Shown here: piece by piece, positions 12,401 to 24,700 of the stretch
Position numbering within the stretch: position 1 is the first letter of the stretch
How the letters are laid out: each line of letters starts with the position of its first letter
Origin: Antedon mediterranea
Taxonomy: Eukaryota; Animalia; Echinodermata
DNA: 64,000 nucleotides
Assembly (NCBI RefSeq): GCF_964355755.1
Contig: NC_092677.1
Coordinates: 3,184,101 to 3,248,100 of the forward strand
Reading direction: 5' to 3'
Position numbers and translations under genes: made by a program
The notes under the pieces: generated by a model
Databases searched by the model: none
The model's input: the letters and a program-made list of their open reading frames with translations, nothing else
What the model was told of the DNA's origin: nothing

Positions 12401-14889
12401 ATTTTTTTTTTCGTACATAAGTTGGGGACCCCATCATGAAACGTCACAAAATAAACATGAATAATTCATCAGTTAAATTTTCTTGTTCCGTGTGCACCCA
12501 AAGCGTATAGCAACAAGAAGTGATTACACAAGTGCGGTACGATTCTAGGCCTATCTCCGCTGTGGTTGCATGCCGCGTGCGATTTCATAATAGAATAGCG
12601 GAGTTTTGTGTGGATTGTCGAAATAATCAGCCTTTAGTTTATGGTGTTTTTAATATAGTTTATTACTAAAGAATTACGTGTTAAAATTATAGGTTTTATT
12701 GATACTATTAGGCCTAATTACTAGTCTCTAAACCCCTGTATATATTCTAGTAGTAGCTGTGTGGGTACGGTGTGTGTGACTTGTGTCTTTGGGCTATGTA
12801 CGTCCAATTACTACTTAGTTTAATGTTTTGCCTAGCTGTCGATTAGCCTCGACACATTTTGCATAGTGGACGTGTGTGTGAAGAAGAGTGCGCGAAGGCA
12901 ATCACGTGAATTGACCTAGAATCCTAGGCCTATTATTGTAGAAAGAATCGTATCGCAGTTGTTGTTCTGTGTGCACACCCAAGCGTTCTTGGACATAGCC
13001 CAAAGAAAGCTTAGACCCACAAGAATAAAGAATGTGTATAATTTGTGTACTGTATTTGTTTAATTCTGCTATCAATTATCAAACAATATGCAATGTACTC
13101 AAAGGAACTTTAAAAATGCGCGTATATGAACACATGAGATGGGAAGATTTGACCCACGAGAATAAAAAATGTATTTTTGTGTAATGTTTATTGTTTAATT
13201 TTGCTGACTTATTACTCGGATTGTGTCATACCAAAGATAGTGTAACTATTACACCAAAGATAGTGTAATCTTTGGTCATACCTAACACACACACACGTCA
13301 CACACATCCACACAGCTACTACTAGAATAGACATGGGTTTAGAGACTAATAATTAGGCCTAATAGTATTAATAGAAACTATAATTTTAACACGTAATTCT
13401 TTAGTAATAAATTATATTAAAAACACCATAAACTAAAGGCCGATTATTTCGACAATCCACACAAAACGCCGCTATTCTTCAACAGCGGAGATAGGCCTAG
13501 AATCGTACCGCACTTGTGTATATCACTTCTTGTTGCTATACGCTTGGGTGCACACGGAACAAGAAAATTTAACTGATGAATTATTCATGTTTATTTTGTG
13601 ACGTTTCATGAGGGGGTCCCCAACTTATGTACGAAAAAAAAAATCGCGAGCGGGAGCGGGACGAACGTTAAAGCTTAGTTCCCACTAGTGACGCAACGTA
13701 AGCAAATGCCCTTCCAATAATTGTGTTTGCCCCCAACCTGCGATGTTTGCGTTGTCGTGATACGCAATACTTTGCGTCAATACGTCGCTGCGTTGCGTTC
13801 TAGTGGGAACCACGCTTAAGTTAACCATAGGCAATAGATTGACTATAGGCTAATGTACTTTTATGCATGAGCGTCGATTTATCTTTTACGTTACCGCCCG
13901 AAAACTAGCTAGTAACGCATCTGAACTCCATCAATTTGATTTCCATGCGTGCCGTCATCTACTTCACTCATTGTGTCTCGCCGCCGCCCGTATTTGCTAG
14001 GCCAATTCATCCCTTTGTTTTTATTTGCAGGGGAAAGTTTGTGAAACTTCGTGAAAAGGGTTTACACAATGAATGCTTCAACTGTAGTGTATGCGGGGTA
14101 AATTTAAAAGGGAAAGGTGAGTTGCAAGCTAATCAATCAATTTAAATAATCGATATATTATCTATGTGTTTATTGATTATTAGTAATCATGATCATGATG
14201 GTGGTGAGGGGTTGATGACAATTTTAAAACATGTGACAATAAATAAGTGTTACAATGTTTGACCAGAATGTGTAACAATAATTTGTGACAATATGTGAAA
14301 TAATGTGTGCGACAATAATATGTGACAATATAAATGTGTGTGACAATATGTTTGACAATGTGTGACAATAAATACATGTGTGACAATGTGTGACAATACA
14401 TACATGTGTGACAATGTGCGACAATAATATGTGACAATATAAATGTGTGTGACAATTTAATAAATGTGCGACAATGTGATACTAATACATGTGTGACAAT
14501 AATACATGTGTGATAATAAATACATGTGATAATGTGCGACAATAAGTTTGACAATATGTGACAATATAAATGTGTTTGACAATATGTGACAATGTGTGTG
14601 ACTCGACAATATATGTGACGTGTGACAATAATTATGTGACGTGTTCCAATAATATGTGACAATATGTTTGACAATGTGACAATATGTGACGTGTGACAAT
14701 AATATGTGACAATATGTTTGACAATGTGACAATAATATGTGACGTATGACAATAATATGTAACGTGTGACAATATGTGACAAAGTGACAATAATATGTGA
14801 CGTGTGACAATTTTGTATATTATTGATTTCTCGTAGGTTACCATGAAAAAGACGGCGCCTACTATTGTCGAAAAGACCGCCCTTTGTGA
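9424..14889 (+). CDS. ALP/ZASP-type (PDLIM family-like) protein with one C-terminal LIM domain; 5' end uncertain
   Basis: Exons 9424-9568, 9722-9860, 14031-14116 and 14837-14889 have AG/GT boundaries and matching phases. The translation contains SKSFKML (ZASP-motif-like) and a full LIM domain CIIC...LHNECFNCSVC...YYCRKD followed by RPL-stop. GKFVKLREKGLHNECFNCSVCGVNLKGKG resembles the PDLIM1/3/4 LIM. A possible start ATG at 9451 gives 131 aa. Confidence 0.8.
11030..11213. mobile_element. hAT-like MITE
   Basis: TIRs CAGTGGCGTAAC / GTTACACCACTG, flanked by a near-identical 8-bp TSD CGTTTAAT / CTTTTAAT. Confidence 0.7.
12100..12278. mobile_element. MITE (PIF/Harbinger-like, TAA flanks)
   Basis: AGCGTGGTTCCCACTAG...CTAGTGGGAATCAAGCT with internal GCAAC/GTTGC palindromic repeats and TAA on both sides. 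A related degenerate copy lies at ~10024-10165. Confidence 0.75.
12398..13647. repeat. Long inverted repeat (foldback) with ~370-390-bp arms
   Basis: 12398-~12785 (GCGATTTTTTTTTTCGTACATAAGTTGGGGACCCC...) is the reverse complement of ~13283-13647 (...GGGGTCCCCAACTTATGTACGAAAAAAAAAATCGC). Confidence 0.9.
13672..13816. mobile_element. MITE of the same family as 12100-12278, inverted
   Basis: AGCTTAGTTCCCACTAG...CTAGTGGGAACCACGCT, with TAA flanks. Confidence 0.72.
14214..14810. repeat. Degenerate low-complexity TGTGACAAT-based tandem repeat in the last LIM-gene intron
   Basis: Dozens of TGTGACAAT(A) variants; produces His/Thr/Cys-rich pseudo-ORFs. Confidence 0.9.
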
Positions 14890-15576
14890 ATATCAAAATT
14901 ACTTTGAATCAGCTGTCAATACCAATAGTCTTCCATTTTGTATAGATCACGTTCTTTTGAAGTTTTCTACTCCAGAAGAGCGAGGCACTGACCGCAGTCA
15001 GCTGCAGTGATTTGGTTTTCCTCTATAACATCATGGAGTTATACCTCCATGATAAAATTACTTTCTGGCTAATTGATCAATTTTATCTAGTGGCGTCGTC
15101 GTCATAAACACGTCGCATGCACTCTCGTCGTGCAGGCATTGATTCGGTCTCCATTTATCAATTAATTAAATTGATGACGATAATGAATACTTCAAAGGAC
15201 ACGGTAATTTGGTTATCAACCGCAATATACGACGACTATCATTTTAATCAAATTTTTAATCATGACTATCTAAAATGGATTTAATTGTAATAAGAAGCTT
15301 TGCACCGACAGATTAAACATCTTTTGTAAAAATGTGAATTTAAATTATTTTTGTTTGTTCATTAAAAGATTGTTTTGCAACTTGTATACAGTAACGTTGT
15401 GTTTTTATTTGCCTACGTGATCTTCGATCATGACATGTGTGCTAATTTACTCTATATTATTATTAACTTGAATACAGTTAATGGTATTGGTTGTTGTTTT
15501 CCTCGAGCAAGTTAGAAAAAGACAGTGTGCTTAAACTAATCTGCTCCACATACATACAGTAGAACTACGCAATAAT

Positions 15577-15903
15577 GGGACACTCGTATTTAGGGGGACA
15601 CTCGTATTTAGGGGGACACTCGTATTTAGAGGGACACTCGTATTTAGAGGGACACTCGTATTTAGGGGACACTCGTATTAGAGGGATACTCGTATTTAGA
15701 GGGACACTCGTATTTAGGGGGACACTCGCATTTAGACACTCGTAACTAGGGATACTCGTATTTTAGGGGAACTCATATGTAGAGGGACACTCGTATTTTA
15801 GGGGGCACTCGTAAGGGTGACACTCGTATTTAGGGGGACACTCATACTTAGAGAGGGACAATCGTATTTAGAGGGACACTCGTATTTAGGGGGACACTCG
15901 TAT
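15577..15903. repeat. ~20-bp minisatellite GGGACACTCGTATTTAG(A/G)G
   Basis: About 16 tandem copies directly after the MITE-like left end TACAGTAGAAC at 15555. Confidence 0.9.
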
Positions 15904-16069
15904 CTAGCTTTTGGAGGTGTGTTTTTATGGCTATGCCTTTTGTTTGTTGTTGCCTTTTGCATGTCTTTTGTTTGTTGACATCTTTGATTGGCTGATGTTT
16001 TTTATTATGTAATTTTGTATATGTGATATATATGTTATTCTCTTCACCTGTATGATGGACTATGCCCGA

Positions 16070-16582
16070 AACATCGTCGTGTTAATACATTTATATTGAG
16101 GCAGTTTTAACTTGTTTGTTTTTACACTATGGTTTACTCCTATTAAAGGGACACACTTTATTGGGTTCTGAAAATGATCATAGAGGTTCGAGACAAACAT
16201 AGCATTAAGTTCACTGGTCCTAAACTCTGGGATAACGTACCAGTTAATATAAAAAGTGCTTTGTCTAAGAAGAGTTTTTCTTTTAAATTGAAACAGCACC
16301 TCGTATCTAGTTATGTTTAATTATCCTTTCTCTCATTGTAGTTTTGATATTTAGTCTTTTCGGTACCCTGAAACTAAAAGTCTTCATTACTGTTTTTGTC
16401 CTGTTTCCGGTTCCCGTGCTGTCCTGTTTTTTTTTTTTTTCAGTTTCTTTGGGCTGCCTTATACAAGCTTCGCTTTTTAGGAATGTTGCCCCTCTTATTT
16501 TAATCATTTTTACTGTTAATTTTTTAATTTCTATGAAAGACAATTAGAGAAATAAATGTTACTTTGATTGATGATTGATTGA
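16070..16582 (+). mobile_element. 3' fragment of a CR1/L2-group LINE (decayed)
   Basis: Encodes VRDKHSIKFTGPKLWDNVP, a typical ORF2 C-terminal motif, followed by a T-rich 3' UTR, AATAAA and a (TGAT)n-like tail. Confidence 0.6.
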
Positions 16583-16760
16583 ACTGTGTGTATATAGTAT
16601 ATACTGTAGTTGTTATCCTACTGCAGTTACTGCAGTAAATACACTTGTTTGACATTTGTTGGTAATCATACACACTGTGTATTACAGTGAGACTGCCTCA
16701 TAACCTTATACATTGAAACAACTTAAAATGCAGTAGCTTCATAGTAGTATCCCGTAAGCT

Positions 16761-17074
16761 TTGATTGAACTTTATATTTATACTGGGTAACCTCTTCAGT
16801 CAAAGACTGGTCTCCCAGAGGGCCCAGTTGGTGATCAGTGGCTGTGATGTACTAATACACCGGGGTAACGCCTACTCGTCTCGAAAGATGTACTAGGTTC
16901 TTTAAAGTGCACACGAGCTAGATGTGTACACTGGACCTACGGTTTATAGTCCTTATCCGAGAAGACTTGTTCTACCACCAGAACCATGGAGTGAGTGAGC
17001 CTCGAACCCCTGCCGATGTTATGGCTACGTAATTACGGTTCCACTGTCTTAACCGCTCGGCCACTCACTCACTC
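16761..17074 (-). mobile_element. tRNA-derived SINE, family 1 (Deu/Nin-domain-like core)
   Basis: The minus strand starts GAGTGAGTGGCCGAGCGGTTAAG (A box) ... GGTTCGAGGC (B box), with core GGATAAGGACTATAAACCGTAGGTCC. TSD TAAGCT at 16755 and 17075. Near-identical copies at ~28.4 kb and ~50.0 kb. Confidence 0.85.
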
Positions 17075-18756
17075 TAAGCTATATACAACCAGTCAACACG
17101 TGGTCCCCCACTTGAATGTAAGTTGACCTATCGCAAGTGACATTTTTGGTCGTGATTGGTCGAATTACGTGCTGCATGCTTACATAATATTTAAGTCTTA
17201 AGTGCAATATTATGATCTGCATTCTTTGGTTGAAGACAAATTCAAGGGCTCTACTTCGTAGTTTCTAGCCAGCTAAATTAACAAATTTAATTCTTTGGTG
17301 AAATAAGTAGATATTTATCACCTCATAATGTCTGGTGTTGCCGGCATTTCAATGGTCTTAATAAAAATGGAATGCAATTAAATTTCAGAAAGGTATGTTA
17401 ATGGTGGATGATGTTAATTAAAAATAGAAAACAATAATTAACTACATCAACATTTTCCATTTTTAATTGTAAGAGTAAGTAAGTATTAAGAGTTTAATGT
17501 TAGCTTTGATGTAGTATATATATATATATATACAAATTGTATCTTTTTAAAATCTAGATATTAAATTTGACTGAATTCAGCTGGTTTTCTGATAAGAACA
17601 ATATGTTTTTATACCAATATCGATTTTTGAAACGCTTTAAATATTTTTACTGGATTTAGCTTGTAAAAAAGGTCTAAAAAGGTCATCAACTGTGTATTCA
17701 ACACATTACTTTAAACTATTGATCATACTTGATGTTAAAAAGTTACTTTTATTTACATGATCATTTTATTAATAAAAAATAAAAAAATATATCTTTTATG
17801 ATTGTATGTTTAAAAAAAACCCATAAATTGAACAAAATAAAAAAATTAAACTGAAAAATATATGTTCAAAATATTTATTCTTTTTTTGAAAACTTGAATA
17901 CAAAATCTATCAAAAAAAAAGTAAATATATACAAAAAACTAAACTAAAAATGATTTTCATGTATCACATAAACTTTCTTAACTAATTTTGAACTGTTGTA
18001 GGTTATGTATTTGTTGTGGTAACTGTTGCTATGGTAACCGTTTTTGTCTCGTATCAATATTTTATCAATTTCAATTAATTCTATCTATCTAAAAATGCAG
18101 TATGGCCATTCAATACCAGCAATATGGTAATATAAAGTACATTTAAAAAAACATGTATTTCAAAGAATATGAATATATTTAAGGGTTAATTAAAAGAGAA
18201 TTATTGCATACGGCCGTAGCCATAACAAATGAACCCAATGTTGATTGTTCGCCATGGTGATTAACGAAGCCATAAATATTGATAAAAGTCAAAGTATAAG
18301 CAAAAATGGTTTTTATTATACAATAAAAAAAAGACATTATCGAAAATCAATTTTTCGTTACTGCATACACAACAATTTACCTATTTTTAGTTACTCGTTA
18401 TATTTTTCGATTTCTGCTGTTAAAAAAACGTAACCTTAATACGAATCATAGATATGGATTAAGTTCCACAAGATTTAATCTGCATTAAATCAAGTTTAAT
18501 CTGTTCAACCTCAAGTTGTTATTTAAATGTGTTGCCAGCTATGAATGGTATGGACATACTGTATGCATAATATCCAACCAGTAATATGCATAAAAACCTA
18601 GAATTAATTACTCGAAAAGTTGAGAATGCAATTCCACCGAGAAAGAAGTATTAGTTAATTATTATTATTATTAAATGTTTTTTTCTACGACAGCAGTTTT
18701 TACCGAGAGAGAAAAGGTTAACCAATTAGTTAAGAGCAAAAATCCATTTTAAATGC

Positions 18757-21700
18757 TCATTTTAAGATGGCCTGACCTTGCATGACTAACTTACGAATCG
18801 ACTTTCTTAAGGGATGGCTACGATTCTTTTCCACAAAATCTGTTAAACGCTGACACATCCCCGTGACAACGCCCGTGAGGTGTTCACGTGTGAGGTCATT
18901 GCCGGGGTCAATGGCCAAAACACATTCATCTAGGTACCTAAAGGCAGATTAAACAAATATTAATTTGAAAAAATAACATTTATGTAATTAAGTTAACATA
19001 CTAATGTAAAATATGTTTTTAAAATTAAAACATATTGTTTTAAATATTAATAAAACGAATCTAATTAATAATTTAAATTAAACTTAATAAAAGGGTTGAC
19101 ATTTTTGTTGAAAATTTGCCTGTACTAACATTAATGAAATAAAATAATAATAAAATTAACATTAATAAAAATAAAATATAATTCATTTTTGTATTAAATA
19201 TATTGTATTGATATTATACATTTTTTATTTTACAAACAAAACATGTAACTAAACAATAAACAACACCCATTTTGCTTTAATTAATAATTTCAACTTGTTT
19301 AATTAAATTATGGCAAAATATGATTCATTTTTGTATTAAAGATGTATTGTCCCCCAAAAACATGAACAATTAAACATTAAATCAGACTTTAATATGTTAT
19401 TTTGTAGTTTTAATAAAGTTAATCACTTCAGTGGAAGTCAAAGTTATTTCAGTTAAATGATTTTTTTTTGACTAATTTTTGGTGAAAGTTAATAACTATT
19501 TTGATACTTCAAATTGACCCACTTTTTTTTCGAAATCTTTTATTTTTTATTTGTTTGGAATTAGTCAAAGGGACAATACATTGTAAAGAATTATTTTTTC
19601 AGGGGGAAAAAACATCTTTATATTGATATTATACATTGATTTTTTATTTCACAAACAAACATGTAATAAACAACACCCACATGGCCTTGTAGAGTATCCC
19701 ACATCATATTGCAGTAAAAGAAATTTTTAATTAATTTGCAACTGAACAAAGCAAAATCCATCAGGCCACAGTAGTTTTATTACGCTCATTTACTTGTCGT
19801 TTTATTCTCGCATTACAAAATATACGAACGTGTGGAGTATAATTATTTTAAATTGTAATTGCGCAAAAATGTTAATTTATTAACAAAGGTTTTTTATATT
19901 AAAAACATCGCAATTGTTGATGGCGTAAATATAATAATAATAATATATAATATTATGCTTTTAATACGGCTTTAAAAAGCATCACACGCTTTTTAAAGCC
20001 GTATTAAAAGTGTGCCTTGTAATAATAAGTTTGATAATTCCAAAAAAGTGTGGAGCATATCAATAAAATTGATCTAAACCTGAAAACCAATAACGCATAA
20101 GCCCGACCATAAACAACACACGCATAGCCGACAAAATTCAGGTAATATAGACATAAGGTAAGGTAAAAGAGACATAACACAAAATCACACAAACCTATGT
20201 AAAAATACACCGTACAAAGATATTAAGGATGAAATCCCCCCAAAAAATAAGTTAAAAAAAACATACCTATATTTAATATCCGTGTCGGTATCAAGTTCTT
20301 GTGACAACTGTTGTAGTAAAGATAAGATGACTGGCTGGTCAACCGGACAAGGAGTTTGACCGAATAAATCTTCTGGACTGAATGACTTACAGGCAAATAA
20401 TACTAACCGAAGATCAGATGCACTCAGAGCCTGAAAAATTATTTGTTTTCATTTAAAACTTTTTTTAAAAAAGCTTTAATTAATTTCACTCAAAAAGTAG
20501 AGTATTTAGGGACCATGTCGAAATTATTCTACATACTGCAGTAACTGCAGTAACTACATTTTGTTAACACTTTAAGCAATTATTTTTCAAAAACTTTTTT
20601 TTGGTAATCATACACACTGTTTATTGCGGTGACTGTCTCATAAATTTCTACATTGAAAAAACTAAAATTGAATAATAAAACATAAGAAAAGTACTGCTAG
20701 TATACTACTGTAGATTGATATGGTACGACTTAATGACTTGACTGCACATTTATCATTTATAATTATTTCGTGCATACAAATAGTCTTTTTTCTTTCACTT
20801 TCAAAGGTTGTACTAATTTATTTTACAAACTATTGTTGTTGTAGAACCATAAGCTATAGCAATAATGACGGATTTTACAAATGGTTAAAAACAAATAATT
20901 TATAATTTTTGTAAATAAATAAAAATATGCATACCGTCTGGAACGCCTCATTTATTTGACCTTGACTGAGTTGTTGCGCAATCCTGCTCTGCGTTGCTTG
21001 AAGGTCAACCTGCGGCAGCGGAGTTTGCGACCGTATCGCGGCGCTAATGCTATCCTGCACGGTCGCCGAGTGATCCTGTAACGCTATCGTTAATTCTTCT
21101 TTTACAACTTCTTTTAGTTTAGTTACAATGTTTTTCTCCATGCTATAAATAAATTTGAATAATTTAAATAAAATTGAATAATATAAATCAATTTGAATAA
21201 CTTAAAAGCCAGGTGCGGGCAAAAAATTTCTATTGATCATACATTCCAATAATTATCGATCTATAGTTTCCCCTATGTTTCATAATTTTGGGGATTTTAT
21301 TTGTCTTACATGAGCTTGTTGAAAATAAGCACTTTCTTATCAGTGGGGGGATAGTTCAAATTATACAGTAAAATCTCTATTCATTTGTACACAAATTTTG
21401 TAAATAGAGAGGCATTTTAAAAAGCTACGAAAAATAAAGAGTGTGGTAAAAAATGTTATCAGATGACTAAATATAGGTAATTATTAACTTGAATTTTACA
21501 TTTCTGGTATTTTTATTCAACTTCAGATTTTTATTTTTATGCTATAGCAAAAATTATCCACCGTATATCCACTATCTTTTTTCACCTTCTAGGGAGTCAC
21601 CAGACATGTTATTACATTAGGTTAACTACCTAACTACTGAAAAAAGGTCTTCCTAGTTTTTATGGCAGAATGTTGCCAAATTTTGTATTTGATCATATTA

Positions 21701-24700
21701 AGGGAAATTCATGTTTTTTCGTCTTGATTTCTGTTACAAATATTTGATTTATGTACAATTAATCAGATATTATATTTAAAATTCATGCCTGTACCTGAGC
21801 TTTAAATAAATTTGTATTTTAATCTAAACTAGACATGTAACTCGTCACTTTGACGAGTTAGTTATCCGCACGACAAACGCCACGTGCACGTCATACGTTA
21901 GAATATTGCACACAGAAAAAATTATGGCATTATGACCTGATCTGAAGAATATGATATGTTGTTAGTGCTGAATTCTGTCAATTTTGTGTCATATAGTATA
22001 TACATGCAAACAGTATAATCTGTATACATGTTACATACAGTGTAGAATAGGTGAAATTACGGGACCCGCCATTTATTCAAATTTGTAACATGGCGACGGT
22101 ATCAAGATGAAACACTAAGATAGCAATTTCGGAAGCAAATTATCTCAGCAACAACATATTAACGTGTAGAAGAAATTTGAATACGTTTAATATTGATGCG
22201 CGCTCTTTTAAATATAATGAACTATGATGCAAAAGATGAAAATACGACTTTTTTTATTTAACTGGCAATATGATGACGTCACAGCATCTGATTGGCAAAA
22301 TGTTCACATGATTTCATATCTAAAATCCAAGAGCTTCCAGAAAATGTTTGAATCGTGATTATCACATTTTATTTTGACGGGCTATTACAGATTAAAATTT
22401 ACTGTAAAGATGAAATTAATGACCCACGTAATTAAATTTTTAGGCATGATGACGTCATAAAAATTTAAATTTTTTTATCTCATGCGAAAGATAGTTGATT
22501 GACCTAGACAATATTAAAATCTCGGAGAAAAAAAAATACGTATAAGCGTGATGCGCTCCATTGAATGTGATGAGCAATAACGAAAGACAAAAAAATCCTA
22601 TATTTTACATATGATGACGTCACAACATCCGTGAGGTAAAAATTCTGCATGAATTCATATCTACAACATATCTGCTTACATATTAAGTTAAAAAAATTAG
22701 GGGTAATCGTTGATCCTGAGAAGCTATAAAACATTCAAAATAGGCATAATTTTGACAACATTTTGTAACTTTTTCAACTAAAACGCGCGCAAATGGGCTA
22801 AATCAACGTGTTCGTATGACGTAATTTTAATTTGAAATGATGTCAATCTTTTTGAAAATGACTAGGAAAGGCTGGAAAATCACAATTCAAGAGAAAAAAA
22901 CATGATTTTCATGCTCTATGCACACCGTGCGCGTAATATTTTTCGCTTGCGCGGTAATTTTGTACATGCTTAAAATGACATGAAACGCGTAGAAAGTTGA
23001 TTAGAAATTATTTTTGCGCATTTTGAAATTTTAAATGCGCGTGCGCGCGTAACTTTGTGTAAAACACGCAATTTTTTTCAAACAGAAAGTTAGCGCATGA
23101 TATAAATTAAACTTTCACAAAGTGTCAATTAAAAATCACTTTTAGTTTTTAATCTATGATCAATCATAAAAAATCATAAAATCGCGCATAAGTCACGTTG
23201 CGCAACTCTGACGTAATTCAAAAATAGGAGGTGCACAACTTCACGTAAATGCCCACATGTTGTCAAAGTTATAAAATGTTATGTTTACACATTTTAGAGA
23301 AACGCTCTACACAAAAATAGCGAGAAAGAAAGAAGAATAATACAGAAAAAAATATTGATCCCATACAATAACAAGGAGTTATCCGCCAAGTGCGGATAAC
23401 TAATAAATTGGAATAATTGAAATAACATTGAATAACTTAAAATAAATTGAATAATTTAAAAAACATAGAATAATATAAATAAATTTGATTAATTTAAATT
23501 TAAATAATATAAATTGAATATAAATAAAATTGAATAATATAAATTTCTACTAAATATTATCTCTGCAACATGATAAACTGTTCAAATCACAAAATAGATA
23601 GCCTCTCTTCAAATTCAATTTAGGTACAGTAGGTATAATTTGTATAATAATACAGTTATATACAAATATATAGACTCTAAACCAGCCAGGGATATATTGA
23701 AAATTAATTAATAAACAGTGAAACAGAGGGAAAAAGCTGATTTATTACAATTTTTTTCCTGAATAGGAAGATTTATGAAACACCTGCAATACACTGCTAA
23801 GTATTCAGCCTATATGTTAATTAGCTTTATCTATAGCAATCAAATGCAGTTTTTTAAAAAGATTTTTCTCTAAATATATTTATTGTTGTAAACCAAACTG
23901 CCAAAATACAAGATCTAAACAAGTATAGATTTTTATGAAATTATTTTCAAAATATTATTTGTATATTATTATTTGGATTAAAAATATATAAATAAAATTC
24001 TCATCTGAGGGAAGTTAAGACTGCGATTCACAAATCCCCTCAAGCGTTTATTTCAAAATTTGTCTATAAATATCGGCATCATTTTTGCCGGCCATCACGA
24101 AACAATTGAAAAAAGGAACTTGAGAACTATATTTATTATTAGATAATCAATATTATATTATATGCTTGTTAGATGTACTTTGTTTTGATAATTGAGTTTG
24201 ATATACCATTACCAGAATCATAATTACTATGTGCCACAGGCATATATATCAAATATTATAATATTATATAACATCAGAGTGCCACATGCACTTTTAAAAT
24301 GATTCTGGAAAACGTACCATTCAGTAATGGTTATTTTTAAAATTAGTTTTATTATTTTTATATTAAAAAGGTAAAGTTGCTTCAAGTCATTTTCGTAACC
24401 TTATGCGAGAATTTAAAAGTATATGTAATGTTTTGAGAAATTATAAAGTAGTATACTGTATGTTCTGTATAAGAAATTAAAAGGTAATTAATTAAATAAT
24501 AAAGTATATGTAATTTATAAATAATAAAGTACAGTATACAATATGTAAAGGATAGGAAATTAAATTTTATTAATTTACATGAAAAAGAATTTTAATATCA
24601 TATAATAGTTATTCACATTGACCAAAAATTGGATTAAAAAAAAGAAATTATTTACCCGAAAAAAACATAATTTATTTTGTCTTTTTTACAAACAAAATCA

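Noticed and set aside
14180-14896. His/Cys-rich minus-strand ORFs suggesting a metal-binding protein
   Set aside because: A low-complexity TGTGACAAT repeat within an intron of the plus-strand gene.
16985-17074. Possible tRNA gene
   Set aside because: It has A/B boxes but is the head of a repeated ~300-bp SINE with a TSD and tail; the same applies to the heads at ~30.5 kb and ~52 kb.
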